Shown piece by piece: positions 1 to 10,600 of a stretch of DNA of 64,000 nucleotides. How positions within the stretch are numbered: position 1 is the stretch's first letter; every line of letters begins with the position of its first letter. Location: the NCBI GenBank assembly GCA_977020255.1, contig CDROCS010002469.1:1-64000 (forward strand), in the 5' to 3' direction. The position numbers and the translations under genes were made by a program. The notes below the pieces were generated by a model, which saw only the letters and a program-made list of their open reading frames with translations, made no database searches and was not told the origin of the DNA. The DNA is from Obrimoposthia wandeli (Eukaryota).

Positions 1-90
1 GATTATTGGGTTTAAAATAGTAACGCTCAAAATATGCAGTAAATCAATATGGGAAAAGTCTCCCCCATTCCCCATAGATAATAATCGAGT

Positions 91-888
91 TTAGGCGGCA
101 ACCCACCCGCCATCAACACTAATACTGCTGCCTGTAATGTTTTGCGCTCCATCCGAACACAAAAACAATGCTGTGTCTGCCAGCTCACTTACTTCAACAA
201 ACTTTCTAGTCCATTGCTTTTCCAATAATATTTCCGTTTTCACTTGCTCTTCACTTAAACCTTTCGATACCGCTAAGTCGGTCACTTGCTTTTGCACTAA
301 AGGGGTCATAACCCAACCTGGGCAAATAGAATTACAAGTAATGTTTTGTTGCGCAGTTTCTAGTGCAGTGGTTTTAGTTAAACCGATAATGCCATGCTTT
401 GCAGCGACATAGGCAGATTTATTAGGCGAGGCAACTAAACCATGTGCTGATGCTATATTAATAACACGCCCCCAACCTGAAGCACGCATAAGGGGTAAAA
501 CGGCTTTAGTAGTATGAAATGATGATGATAAATTAATATCTAAAATTGCATCCCAAGATTCTTCAGGGAATGTCTCAATCGATGCTACTTTTTGGATACC
601 TGCATTATTCACCAAAATATCGATGCGACCCAAAGTCTCTTGTGTGACTTTAACTAAATCTCTTATTTGATCCGGTTCTCTCATATCCGCACCATGATAA
701 TGCGCTTTGATGCCATAACTGTTTAGTTCTTTTAAAATATCTTCAATCACAGTTTCATCGGCAAAGCCATTAAGCATGACATTGACACCTGCTTTTGCGA
801 AACCAGTGGCTATACCTAAACCTATGCCACTGGTTGACCCAGTAATGATTGCCACTTTGCCTTTGACGCTTTCAACTGTAATACTCAT
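91..888 (-). CDS. bdhA: 3-hydroxybutyrate dehydrogenase (SDR)
   Basis: TGSTSGIG Rossmann motif, NNAG, YVAAK catalytic motif, ASAHGLVASPNKSAY and ICPGWV segments typical of BDH. Confidence 0.85.
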   Translation of the reverse strand: MSITVESVKGKVAIITGSTSGIGLGIATGFAKAGVNVMLNGFADETVIEDILKELNSYGIKAHYHGADMREPDQIRDLVKVTQETLGRIDILVNNAGIQKVASIETFPEESWDAILDINLSSSFHTTKAVLPLMRASGWGRVINIASAHGLVASPNKSAYVAAKHGIIGLTKTTALETAQQNITCNSICPGWVMTPLVQKQVTDLAVSKGLSEEQVKTEILLEKQWTRKFVEVSELADTALFLCSDGAQNITGSSISVDGGWVAA

Positions 889-1203
889 AAAATACCTTTT
901 GTGAAATTTTTGTGATGAATTTAATCGTGCTTTACTTGAGAATTTAAATGAATTCCCTTTGAATAACTTTATTAAGCCTCTGCATAGCTAATCGAATGAG
1001 CAAAAACCAGAGAAATAGCAGAGTCAGCATGCCCCAACTTATGGATCTTACGAGTGTAAATGAGCATTCAATATGCTCCGCTTCTCGGTTATTGGCCGTT
1101 TTAACGCCCTATTATTTCGGGCTGTTATCATGCCCTCTCGGTAAGTTATGCGCAGATCTCTTTATTAAGCTTTTAGCTATGTCGTAAAGTAAAACACTCA
1201 TTA

Positions 1204-1241
1204 CTTAAAGTCCCTACTCTTAAAGTCCCTACGCTTGAAGT
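1204..1241. repeat. 15-nt period direct repeat CTTAAAGTCCCTAC x2 plus partial third
   Basis: Copies at 1204-1217 and 1219-1232; degenerate CTTGAAGT at 1234. Confidence 0.6.
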
Positions 1242-1342
1242 TATTGTGCCTGATTTGTAACTTTTTGCGATTCGTTCTTTTTATGAATCTATAAGAACTT
1301 TCGAATTCTACCCGCTTAGCTACTTACCTACTTACATACTCT

Positions 1343-1493
1343 CATTGCTGTCCGGTTAAAAAGTGTAAGCTCACTAACTCATTGATTTGTGTTTTTCGAG
1401 CATAGGTAATTGGAATTTATTTAGCCAAAAAACTTGTGGTTAACGTGAAATCAATGAGTTATAGAACAACAAAAATTAACCCGGACACCAATG
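1343..1493 (+). mobile_element. MITE copy 1 (151 bp)
   Basis: TIRs CATTGCTGTCCGGTTAA / TTAACCCGGACACCAATG; internal 13-bp inverted repeat AACTCATTGATTT (1376-1388) / AAATCAATGAGTT (1448-1460); homologous to 31122-31272 and 32551-32702; 9-bp flanks match at only 6/9. Confidence 0.85.
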
Positions 1494-1893
1494 ATATAAT
1501 ATACTAATTGTAAGGTTTACTGATTAACATTAGCCAGTGCTTGAATTGTCACTAATCACTCTTACATAAAGGAAACTATTAGTGCAATGATAAACACTAG
1601 CTCAGCTTAAGTAAGAAAACACTCTATCAAACATGCCTATTGATTAGTGTTTAATAACACACCTGCACATAATGGACTGACTAAATCTTAGCTCTAAATA
1701 GCTAAAGTCAGATAAAGTTTGGTTTGTTGACTTATGAACCGAAAACTCACCATTACTTTATGATCACACTTTGTAAAATTGAGCGTAAAACCTTAAATTT
1801 AAACTAAAATGAGCGGATAGAGATTGAATTATGCACAACTACGTTTAACATTCATCCAACTGAGCCTTTTTTTAAAAATAATTAAAATACTCC

Positions 1894-1922
1894 TTGACGC
1901 TTTTGCCTACCAGCTCTAATAT
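1894..1922 (+). promoter_or_regulatory. sigma70 stable-RNA promoter of the tRNA operon
   Basis: TTGACG-N17-TAATAT, followed by GC-rich discriminator ACGCGCC, with an A/T-tract UP-like region upstream. Confidence 0.75.
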
Positions 1923-1946
1923 ACGCGCCAATCAGCACCCAACGAT

Positions 1947-2022
1947 TCCTCGATAGCTCAGTTGGTAGAGCAGTAGACTGTTAATCTATTGGTCGTAGGT
2001 TCAAGTCCTACTCGAGGAGCCA
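1947..2022 (+). tRNA. tRNA-Asn (GTT)
   Basis: 76-nt cloverleaf; TCCTCGA/TCGAGGA acceptor stem, CT-GTT-AA anticodon loop, GTTCAAGTC T-loop, encoded CCA. Confidence 0.95.
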
Positions 2023-2069
2023 GCTGATAACACTAAGTTTACTGATAGTAAGTTTAGAGAATAATGTGA

Positions 2070-2086
2070 CGGGGCATAGCGCAGTT

Positions 2087-2119
<33 letters not shown>

Positions 2120-2146
2120 TAGGTTCGAATCCTGCTGCCCCGACCA
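2070..2146 (+). tRNA. tRNA-Pro (TGG) copy 1
   Basis: 77 nt; CGGGGCA/TGCCCCG acceptor stem, TT-TGG-GA loop, TTCGAAT T-loop, CCA end. Confidence 0.95.
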
Positions 2147-2202
2147 CTTATTCAAAAATATAAGCTAGCATTGTAAATAAACGCTTATAAAAGTAACAAT
2201 TA

Positions 2203-2219
2203 CGGGGCATAGCGCAGTT

Positions 2220-2252
<33 letters not shown>

Positions 2253-2279
2253 TAGGTTCGAATCCTGCTGCCCCGACCA
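2203..2279 (+). tRNA. tRNA-Pro (TGG) copy 2
   Basis: Identical to copy 1. Confidence 0.95.
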
Positions 2280-2304
2280 ATTGTTACAGTTTTACAGATA
2301 GACT

Positions 2305-2321
2305 CGGGGCATAGCGCAGTT

Positions 2322-2354
<33 letters not shown>

Positions 2355-2381
2355 TAGGTTCGAATCCTGCTGCCCCGACCA
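2305..2381 (+). tRNA. tRNA-Pro (TGG) copy 3
   Basis: Identical to copy 1. Confidence 0.95.
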
Positions 2382-2427
2382 CTTATCATTAAAACATTAC
2401 ACTCCAAGACAGATATACAGATTTACT

Positions 2428-2444
2428 CGGGGCATAGCGCAGTT

Positions 2445-2477
<33 letters not shown>

Positions 2478-2504
2478 TAGGTTCGAATCCTGCTGCCCCG
2501 ACCA
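2428..2504 (+). tRNA. tRNA-Pro (TGG) copy 4
   Basis: Identical to copy 1. Confidence 0.95.
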
Positions 2505-2929
2505 CTTCTTTTTAGTTTTACTTTTGAAAACATTCTTATAATATTTGATTAAATTCTATTTTTAACTACCACGCTTAAAAAAATCCGCGCTTTGATTCAA
2601 CAATATCACTAGTGATCATCGTCACTAATGTATATTTAACTCTATGTACTTGCACCATTTAACACATTTTATAGCCTCAATCATCGTTAGTACTACAAAG
2701 CTCTAGCATGTATTACAAATTAAGCTTTATAATGTATTCTTTACATGCACTATGCTAAACCAAGAGAATACCGAGATAAAACTATCACAGACTCAAAGCA
2801 TATATTTATATATAAGAAAATTGAAGCTGAGTTTAACATCCCTATCCTCCTATGCGGCCACCATGCAAATCATCAATTAATTACCATAGTGAACATTAGC
2901 TTTATACCTGCCAAGATTTGGAGTATTTA

Positions 2930-3565
2930 ATGCCCGACGAGAATATACTCGATCAAGCTCAACCACAGCTAGACGTTGTAAGAAAGAAAAGTCCTGCTGA
3001 AGCGAATATTGAGCCGCAAGAGCTAGGCAAACGAGTCAAAGAAATAAGATTACAACAAAACCTAACACTTGAAGAAGCAAGCAAGCTAACGGGCTTAGCT
3101 CGCTCTACATTATCTAAAATTGAAAACGAGCAAATATCTCCTACTTTCAGCGCTGTGTCTAAATTAGTAAAAGGACTCGGTATTGATATACCGCAATTGT
3201 TTGCAAAAACCAGCACTCAATCAGGCCGAGGCGGGCGCAGAGATATTACTCGCGCTGGAGAAGGCAAACCACGATTAACGCCTACTTACGAACATCAAAT
3301 ACTGGGTGCACAATTACTCAACAAAAAAATGCTGCCCTATCACACAACGATTCGCGCACGCTCTTTTGAAGAATTTGATGACTGGGTTCGCCACCAAGGC
3401 GAAGAGCTTCTTTACGTACTCAGTGGCAGTGTTACCTTTTATACTGAATTTTATGAACCTATCCACTTAAACTTAGGTGATAGTGCATACTATGATTGCG
3501 AAATGGGCCATGCTGTTATTTCCACCAGCACCACAGACGCAGAAATATTATGGGTGACAGCGTAA
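2930..3565 (+). CDS. XRE-family HTH regulator with C-terminal cupin sensor
   Basis: LTLEEASKLTGLARSTLSKIENEQISPT HTH; HQGEELLYVLSG and GDSAYYDCEMGH cupin motifs; ATG 2930 chosen for the upstream GGAG. Confidence 0.85.
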   Translation: MPDENILDQAQPQLDVVRKKSPAEANIEPQELGKRVKEIRLQQNLTLEEASKLTGLARSTLSKIENEQISPTFSAVSKLVKGLGIDIPQLFAKTSTQSGRGGRRDITRAGEGKPRLTPTYEHQILGAQLLNKKMLPYHTTIRARSFEEFDDWVRHQGEELLYVLSGSVTFYTEFYEPIHLNLGDSAYYDCEMGHAVISTSTTDAEILWVTA

Positions 3566-3909
3566 TCGCTATCATCCATAGCTAGCTTTACCAGTACAAA
3601 CACCTAGACTGGGATGGAAATTAAAATTAACGCTTACTCCCAGTCAGCTTCTAAAAACAAAGCCAGTGTCAGAATTTTATACACCGCCCTAAAAACCACA
3701 CATTTAAAGCCTGATCTAAAGCTGCATTGTCATTAATCTGTAAAACAGCGCATTTTTACGAGTATATAAGCACAATTATACTTAATGCATTTATTTAACT
3801 ACAAACAAACATGTACTTCTAAGAATATTCGTATATAATACGCCTCCGTATTTATCACATCTTCGCTGGCAATTTAGCCGGCCACTAATATTGCAGGTTC
3901 AAATACATC

Positions 3910-5655
3910 ATGTCATCTGATGAGCTGCCATCTTTTTCAGCCATGGGCATAACTGGCCCATTACTTAAATCAATACAAGAAATTGGTTATGAAGCACCAT
4001 CCCCTATACAAGCTGCGAGTATTCCGTTACTACTCGAAGGCAAGGATATAATAGGTCAGGCGCAAACAGGTACTGGTAAAACAGCTGCTTTCGCATTACC
4101 TCTTATGTCACGCATCGATGTCTCGAAAAAGACACCGCAATTATTAGTGCTAGCACCTACTCGTGAATTAGCAATTCAAGTTGCAGAAGCTTTCCAGACT
4201 TATGCACGTCATATTCCTAATTTCCATGTTCTACCTATTTACGGTGGTGCAGCTTATGAAGGACAACTACGTCAACTAAGACGTGGTGTTCAAGTTGTTG
4301 TTGGTACTCCTGGCCGTGTGATGGATCACATTCGCAAGGGTACTTTGAAACTTGACGGCCTTAATGCTTTAGTTTTAGACGAAGCAGACGAAATGCTACG
4401 CATGGGTTTCATTGACGATGTAGAGTGGATTCTTGAACACACTCCTGACACACGCCAAATTGCATTATTCTCAGCGACAATGCCTTCTGTTATTCGCCGC
4501 GTTGCAACTAAGTATTTAAATGACCCGCATGAAATAAAAATTGCGAGCAAGACATCTACTGCAACTACGATTAATCAAAAGTACTGGCGCGTAGCTGGCT
4601 TGCACAAATTAGATGCACTAACGCGCATCCTAGAAATGCAATCTTTTGATGCGATGTTAATCTTTGTTCGTACCAAGTCAGCCACGATTGAACTTGCTGA
4701 AAAATTAACGGCTAGAGGCTACGCTTGCGAAGCTTTAAACGGTGATATTCCACAGCAACAACGTGAACGTACTGTTGATAAATTAAGAAAAGGCAAACTA
4801 GATATTTTGATCGCAACAGATGTTGTTGCACGTGGTCTAGATGTTGAACGCATCTCTTGCGTGTTAAATTACGACATCCCTTACGACACTGAGTCCTATG
4901 TACACCGTATCGGTCGTACTGGGCGCGCTGGTCGTTCAGGCGAAGCTATTTTGTTTGTCTCGGCACGTGAGCAACGCATGTTACGCATGATTGAGAGCGC
5001 TACGAAGCAAAAGATAGAGCCTATGTCACTACCTTCTCCTAAAGATATCAACCTAAAGCGTGTTGATACCTTTAAGACTAAGATCAGTGAAGTTCTAGAT
5101 AGTTCTGACCTTTCTTTGTACATGGATCTACTAGTTGATTACCAAAAAGAACACGATTGTGACCCTTTACATATAGCAGCAGCACTTGCTTCTATTGTTC
5201 AAGGTGATACACCGCTGTTGATTTCTGAAAAAGAATCTAGCACTCCTGTAGAATTCGGTGAGAATGAAGGACGTGGACGTAACGAAAGAGGTTCTCGTCG
5301 TGAAAGAGGTGAGCGCCCTGAAAGAGGCGAACGCTCTGAGCGAGGCCCACGTGCTCCACAAGGTGATATGCAGCGTTATATCTTAAGTGTTGGTCATGAA
5401 CATGGTGTTAAGCCTGGCAATATCGTTGGTGCAATTGCTAATGAAGCAAATATTGACAGCAAATACATTGGCCAAATTGAAATTCAAGATAACACTACAT
5501 TGATTGACCTGCCTGCTGGCATGCCAAAAGATGTAATGGATATCCTACGTAAAGCTTCAGTTTGCGGTCAAAAGCTAAACTTAAAGCCTACTGATGAAGA
5601 AATTTCTAAATCTAAAGCGCCTAGTAAGCGTCGTCGTCCGCGTAACCGCGATTAG
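3910..5655 (+). CDS. deaD: DEAD-box RNA helicase DeaD/CsdA
   Basis: AQTGTGKT, PTRELA, DEAD, SAT, HRIGRTGRAG motifs and a DbpA-type C-terminal domain (GVKPGNIVGAIANE). Confidence 0.93.
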   Translation: MSSDELPSFSAMGITGPLLKSIQEIGYEAPSPIQAASIPLLLEGKDIIGQAQTGTGKTAAFALPLMSRIDVSKKTPQLLVLAPTRELAIQVAEAFQTYARHIPNFHVLPIYGGAAYEGQLRQLRRGVQVVVGTPGRVMDHIRKGTLKLDGLNALVLDEADEMLRMGFIDDVEWILEHTPDTRQIALFSATMPSVIRRVATKYLNDPHEIKIASKTSTATTINQKYWRVAGLHKLDALTRILEMQSFDAMLIFVRTKSATIELAEKLTARGYACEALNGDIPQQQRERTVDKLRKGKLDILIATDVVARGLDVERISCVLNYDIPYDTESYVHRIGRTGRAGRSGEAILFVSAREQRMLRMIESATKQKIEPMSLPSPKDINLKRVDTFKTKISEVLDSSDLSLYMDLLVDYQKEHDCDPLHIAAALASIVQGDTPLLISEKESSTPVEFGENEGRGRNERGSRRERGERPERGERSERGPRAPQGDMQRYILSVGHEHGVKPGNIVGAIANEANIDSKYIGQIEIQDNTTLIDLPAGMPKDVMDILRKASVCGQKLNLKPTDEEISKSKAPSKRRRPRNRD

Positions 5656-5676
5656 GCTGTAGATATTTAAATCTTC

Positions 5677-5720
5677 ATTCAATGAGGGCATCGATGTTTA
5701 ATACATCGCCCTCATTGAAT
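5677..5720 (+). terminator. Hairpin after deaD
   Basis: ATTCAATGAGGGC...GCCCTCATTGAAT, 13-bp perfect arms. Confidence 0.7.
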
Positions 5721-6061
5721 CATCCTTTCTAAGCTCTACCCTTCCCTTTTTTATAGTACATTTATACCTCTACTTTAGTATTTAATGCCTGCTGCATAGC
5801 AATAAGCTTATATAGAACTAATAATTCACCGAAAATCAAATAGAAACTCCCATTGTTCAATAAGTTAGAGCTAACTAACTCGAAAGTTAATTACAATATT
5901 TGTATTGCCTGCTGGCATTAGTAAAAGCATCTTCATCAAAAAGCTATAGAACCATGAAATAGCGCAATTCAACCATACGTAAAGACAAGAAAAATAAAAA
6001 AGCGGTGATACAACACTAAATAGATTTATGATTAATCTTCGAAGAGTGGCTAGTCTCTTAG

Positions 6062-6089
6062 CTATAACCTATAACCTATAACCTATAAC
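6062..6089. repeat. Tandem heptamer (CTATAAC)x4
   Basis: Four exact copies in the region between convergent deaD and decarboxylase genes. Confidence 0.85.
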
Positions 6090-6150
6090 CAGATTAGTAC
6101 ATCAAATTACACACTATCATCGATCTTTTTATGGCACATAATAATATGCT

Positions 6151-7668
6151 CTAACACTTCGCGCCGCTTGTTGTCATTTCCAATCCAAGCTTTAGAACTT
6201 CACAAATTAAGCCATCTACTTGATGCAGCTCATGCCGGGCGCCAATATAACAAGGCCTAATAGCTAATTGACCATGCACTTTAGTCGTGCTTGGCATGTA
6301 ATTATTCTCTCTTACTAGCCTGCGATGTAACGCTTGATTAAAACGGTTTAAGTCGATGATATTATCGTCCACATAACGAAAACAACAAATGGACAAAGTT
6401 GGCTCATCCAACAATTCTAATTGAGGGTGATCAGTGGCAATTTTTGCAATATACCTAGACATATCATTATGGCGTATCACTCGCTCGCGAATCCCTTGCA
6501 CGCCTATTTCTTTAAGCAGTGCCCACACAACAATACCTCTACAAGGAGAGCTTAGCTCTACTCCATAATCGAAATAGGGTATGCCAAAACTATCTAGTGA
6601 ATGTGCCACTACTGGTGTATTTATATCTTTCGCTTGCTGCTCTGTATCTATTCCAGCGGCATTTAACTCACTACTATTTTGTTCAACACTGCCCTCTAGA
6701 TAATCAGCGGGTTCTTGTGTAAAGGCGCGCTGCAAGAGATCTCTATCTCGCACAAAAGTTGCCGCCACTCCTACCGCTGCACCTAACCATTTATGAGGAT
6801 CTATAATGACGGAATCAGCTAGATTGAGCCCTGCGTATAAATGGCTAATTCGATCATCTAAAATCCCCGGCAACCCGTAGGCACCATCAACATGAAACCA
6901 GATATGATAGCGGCTAGCCAATTGACCAATCGCGAGCAGCGGGTCAATAGCGCCCGTGTTGGTAGAGCCTGCGTTTGCTACCACGGCAATAGGTAATAAT
7001 CCGGCTGCTATATCACTTTCAATTAACTGCTCAAGATTTTTAACATCCATGCGTCCTCTAGCATCACACTTTACTGCTTTCACACAATTTCGACCCAGGC
7101 CCAGCACGCCTGCTGAACGCTGTATCGTATGATGGCATTCACCACTGGCATAAATACTGCCCGCACGAGTCATTCCCTGTTCAGCAGGATCAATTCCTAT
7201 TTTTTCAAATGCAGATTGGCGCGCAGCACCTAGAGCCACTAAATTTGCCACTGATCCACCGCTACTATAAACCCCCAGCATATTATCTAAAGACAGCATT
7301 TGGGCTAACCATTTAAGGGAAAGTTCTTCAATAAAATTGAAAGCGGTTAATGTGTAACGTTGAGGAGAGGCAATGCTAGCGGCTGCGCTAGCGATGGTTG
7401 ATGCGGTTGTGCCACCAGTAGTAATATATGCACTAAAGCCTGGATTACACATGCTGGCACCATTTGGAATAATTTGCTCAACCAGCTCTTTTGTCACTTG
7501 CTCAAGCCCAACCCCTATGTCAGGCAATGGAATATCTAACTGCTGCTGCCATTGTTTTGCGCCTTGTTGAGCATCCCCATGCACAAAGCGTTGAAACTCA
7601 TCTAGCCCAATACCTATTTGAGTTAAATGTTGTGTGAAATTGCCAACCTCGGCTAGTTCCTTTTTCAT
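6151..7668 (-). CDS. Group II PLP-dependent decarboxylase (aromatic-L-amino-acid/glutamate decarboxylase family)
   Basis: SGGSVANL, HHTIQRSAGVLGLG, GSTNTGAID, WFHVDGAYG, DPHKW (PLP lysine). Confidence 0.85.
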   Translation of the reverse strand: MKKELAEVGNFTQHLTQIGIGLDEFQRFVHGDAQQGAKQWQQQLDIPLPDIGVGLEQVTKELVEQIIPNGASMCNPGFSAYITTGGTTASTIASAAASIASPQRYTLTAFNFIEELSLKWLAQMLSLDNMLGVYSSGGSVANLVALGAARQSAFEKIGIDPAEQGMTRAGSIYASGECHHTIQRSAGVLGLGRNCVKAVKCDARGRMDVKNLEQLIESDIAAGLLPIAVVANAGSTNTGAIDPLLAIGQLASRYHIWFHVDGAYGLPGILDDRISHLYAGLNLADSVIIDPHKWLGAAVGVAATFVRDRDLLQRAFTQEPADYLEGSVEQNSSELNAAGIDTEQQAKDINTPVVAHSLDSFGIPYFDYGVELSSPCRGIVVWALLKEIGVQGIRERVIRHNDMSRYIAKIATDHPQLELLDEPTLSICCFRYVDDNIIDLNRFNQALHRRLVRENNYMPSTTKVHGQLAIRPCYIGARHELHQVDGLICEVLKLGLEMTTSGAKC

Positions 7669-7844
7669 TTTACATTCCCTTAATTGACGTATACATTAAA
7701 GCAGGTAAAAGAACTGATCATTAATAAACCTGTCTTCTTAAAGTATACATAATCATCTTCAAATCAGACCTTTCATTACTAACCAGTCATCATAAGATAT
7801 ATAAGACAGTGCTCTTAAGGGTAGCTCACTATTAATAGCAGTGA

Positions 7845-8573
7845 TTAATCACGATATGACGGATCTGTTTTATCTAGCATCATTTTTAGTTGCGCAAAAT
7901 GCGCATCACCAGCGCCTTTAAAATCATCCCAACTGGCAGCGGTTTTTTCCGCTACTTCATCACTGAGTACGTTTAATGGCTGGCCTGTTGAATAAGCAAG
8001 CACCATCGTTTTACACGCTTTTTCTAAATAATACAAAGATTCAAAGGCTTGTGCTACGCTATCACCAATCACGCTAATACCATGATTCCCCATCATTAAC
8101 GCTTGGTTGCCTTCGAAAGTTTCACTAATCCGCTTTCCTTCTGCCTCTGTTGTAGCAATACCACCAAAATCAGTATCGTAGCTAATACGGTTGAAAAAAC
8201 TAGCAGTATTATTATCTATAGGGAGTATTCGCGGATCTTTAAGCGTCGATAGTACTGTTGCGTAAGTACTGTGTACATGCAGTATTACTCGTGCGTGAGG
8301 GAATTTTTTATGTACATTGCCATGGATACTCCATGCAGACAAATCTGGCGCTTCATCAGTTGACATCACACTGTCATCTTCACTATCTAATAGCTGTAAA
8401 TTACTCGCCGTTACTTGAGAGAAGTGCATCCAACGCCGATTCATCAGAAACTTTTTCCCATCGGATGAAACCGCTGCACTTAAATGGTTAGCGACTGATT
8501 CGTGCATATCCATGTTATAAATAATACGAAAGGCCGCAGCTAAATCGACTCTTAAATCATGTTCTGATGTCAT
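7845..8573 (-). CDS. Class II aldolase/adducin-family metalloenzyme
   Basis: NHLSA, WSIHGNVH, ILHVHSTYA metal-binding histidines, LMMGNHG. Confidence 0.85.
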   Translation of the reverse strand: MTSEHDLRVDLAAAFRIIYNMDMHESVANHLSAAVSSDGKKFLMNRRWMHFSQVTASNLQLLDSEDDSVMSTDEAPDLSAWSIHGNVHKKFPHARVILHVHSTYATVLSTLKDPRILPIDNNTASFFNRISYDTDFGGIATTEAEGKRISETFEGNQALMMGNHGISVIGDSVAQAFESLYYLEKACKTMVLAYSTGQPLNVLSDEVAEKTAASWDDFKGAGDAHFAQLKMMLDKTDPSYRD

Positions 8574-8588
8574 TTCAAATCCTTATTA

Positions 8589-9227
8589 TTAATCAATTAT
8601 CCAATTATTACTGTTTTTTTCAATAAACTGCTCTTGCGAGCTAATACAAGCGCCTAAGTCTTTAATAATGCCATTTTCGATACTGTAAACCCAACTGTGT
8701 ACAGACAGCGGTACGCCGTTTTTCCAAGCTTTTTGCACTATCGTGGTATTACAAACATTGGTGACTTGCTCAATAACATTCAGTTCGCACAATAAATTTA
8801 CTTTGGCGTGTTGTGATAGACCTTTAAACTTATCAGCATTAAAGCGTCTTACATCTTTCACATGCCTTAACCAATTATCGATAAGCCCATGCTCAGTATT
8901 TTCCATCGCTGCTTTAATACCGCCACAGCCGTAATGACCGCAGACAATGATATGTTTAACTTTCAATACTTCAACAGCGTATTGAATAACAGATAGGCAG
9001 TTTAAATCGGTATGCACTACCACATTAGCAATATTGCGATGCACAAAAATCTCACCAGGTGGTAGGCAAACAATTTGATTGGCTGGTACTCTGCTATCAG
9101 AGCAACCTATCCACAAATATTCCGGCTCTTGCTGTTTTGACAGCTGTGTAAAAAAGTCAGGGTCTTGCTCCTTAATTGAATTAGCCCACTCTAGATTTCT
9201 ATCAATAAGATGTTTTAGTGTTTTCAA
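8589..9227 (-). CDS. can: Beta-class carbonic anhydrase
   Basis: WIGCSDSRVP, FVHRNIAN, VCGHYGCGG zinc motifs. Confidence 0.93.
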   Translation of the reverse strand: MKTLKHLIDRNLEWANSIKEQDPDFFTQLSKQQEPEYLWIGCSDSRVPANQIVCLPPGEIFVHRNIANVVVHTDLNCLSVIQYAVEVLKVKHIIVCGHYGCGGIKAAMENTEHGLIDNWLRHVKDVRRFNADKFKGLSQHAKVNLLCELNVIEQVTNVCNTTIVQKAWKNGVPLSVHSWVYSIENGIIKDLGACISSQEQFIEKNSNNWIID

Positions 9228-9496
9228 ATTTTAGATAGCCTCTGTCAGTACGACACTTATATAGGTGCGATGCTTCTACCTATTTTAAAGATATATTTCA
9301 ACTGTTTAATAAGTAATTTATAATATACCTACAGCTGAAAATATTTTTTAATTGGGTTGTTAATTATTACTAGTTTAGCAAATTGATCAGTGCAGATGTT
9401 TTTTATTTGAGACCAAAAATTTGCGACATAACTAAGCTACTTTATACAATAAAGCTCCGTTATAATTACTCTGTCAGTGAACACGAAATAATCTAT

Positions 9497-10330
9497 TTAG
9501 GATATTTTTTGAGCTATAATTTCAACGGGTGCAATTAAACCGCTGGTAACATTGCTAATCATATTATTTATTTTCTGCGCCGCGCTTCGTTGCATTAACA
9601 CATGAAGACCTAGTGGTGCTGGAGCTTCATTTGCTTGCTTTCTTGCCGCTGTTTTTTGAAAAAATTGTAACGCAAAACACCGACGATCATTGACTTTAAC
9701 AATCTCAAAACCGCTTTGTTCTAATGCCTGTTTATATTCTTCAATAGTAGCTAGTTTACTGATATTTTCTTGTGCCGCCCAAGGAACGGGAAAAGTTAAT
9801 GCTCCATCGTTGTGGCGCATAATATCGTAAATACCAAAGTATGAGCTAGGTTTTAGAACCCGCGAAACCTCTTTAAATAAAGCACCTTTGTCGGCTATAT
9901 TCATGCCTACATGTAACATATAACTTCCTGCAAACGTTTCATCATTATATGACATAGACACAGCACTGCCTTGCTCAAGTGTCACCGCTTTTTCAAGATC
10001 TAACCATTTACACAAAGCATTACCGGTCTCAATATATTCAAGTGACAGATCCAACCCTACCACCGTATGATTAAACGCTTTTGCAACATAACGCGCAGCT
10101 CCGCCTAAGCCACAACCTACATCTAGAATATGAGCTAGTGCTGGGTAGTTCAGCTGCGCTAGGAGATGATCTGTAGCCGCACGCCCACCAATATGGAACT
10201 CATCTACTGGGGCCAAATCTTCAAGCGTTGCATTTTTTGGGTTTTTACCACTATCTGCAAGTGCCGTTTCAATCGCTGTTAATAAATCACCATGGTGGTA
10301 ATTTTCGGTGATTGCTTTATTAGTCGACAT
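9497..10330 (-). CDS. Class I SAM-dependent methyltransferase
   Basis: DEFHIGG and LDVGCGLGG motif I; ATG 10330 has a GAGGG RBS. Confidence 0.8.
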   Translation of the reverse strand: MSTNKAITENYHHGDLLTAIETALADSGKNPKNATLEDLAPVDEFHIGGRAATDHLLAQLNYPALAHILDVGCGLGGAARYVAKAFNHTVVGLDLSLEYIETGNALCKWLDLEKAVTLEQGSAVSMSYNDETFAGSYMLHVGMNIADKGALFKEVSRVLKPSSYFGIYDIMRHNDGALTFPVPWAAQENISKLATIEEYKQALEQSGFEIVKVNDRRCFALQFFQKTAARKQANEAPAPLGLHVLMQRSAAQKINNMISNVTSGLIAPVEIIAQKIS

Positions 10331-10600
10331 TAAAGTTCCCTCATTGAAAATCATTGGTGTTCAATTTATTTTTTTAGCTGGTCAGTAATGATTGAAATCT
10401 AAAAACAGCTGGCCTTTATTGCTTTTTCATTGCTTTATTAATCAAAGTTGTTATGAGCGCGGAACATTGCTTACAAAATTAATTTAGCGCCAGACCTTCC
10501 AAAGGTATAGCTACAATATTACGCGGATTAGCGATGCGAAGAAATATTAATGGGAGAGACTTTATTAGCAACTTTTAACTTTATAAAAATATTTAATAAA

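Noticed and set aside
996-1187. Short intergenic ORFs such as 996-1187, 18898-19089, 32413-32613, 60048-60299 and 60676-60903
   Set aside because: No RBS or family motifs; several overlap MITE or promoter DNA.
2070-2504. Regularly repeated 77-nt unit resembling a CRISPR array
   Set aside because: The units are complete tRNA-Pro genes with CCA ends, and no cas genes are present.
2165-2541. ORFs 2165-2407 (-) and 2338-2541 (+) with internal peptide repeats
   Set aside because: Translation artefacts of the tRNA repeats.
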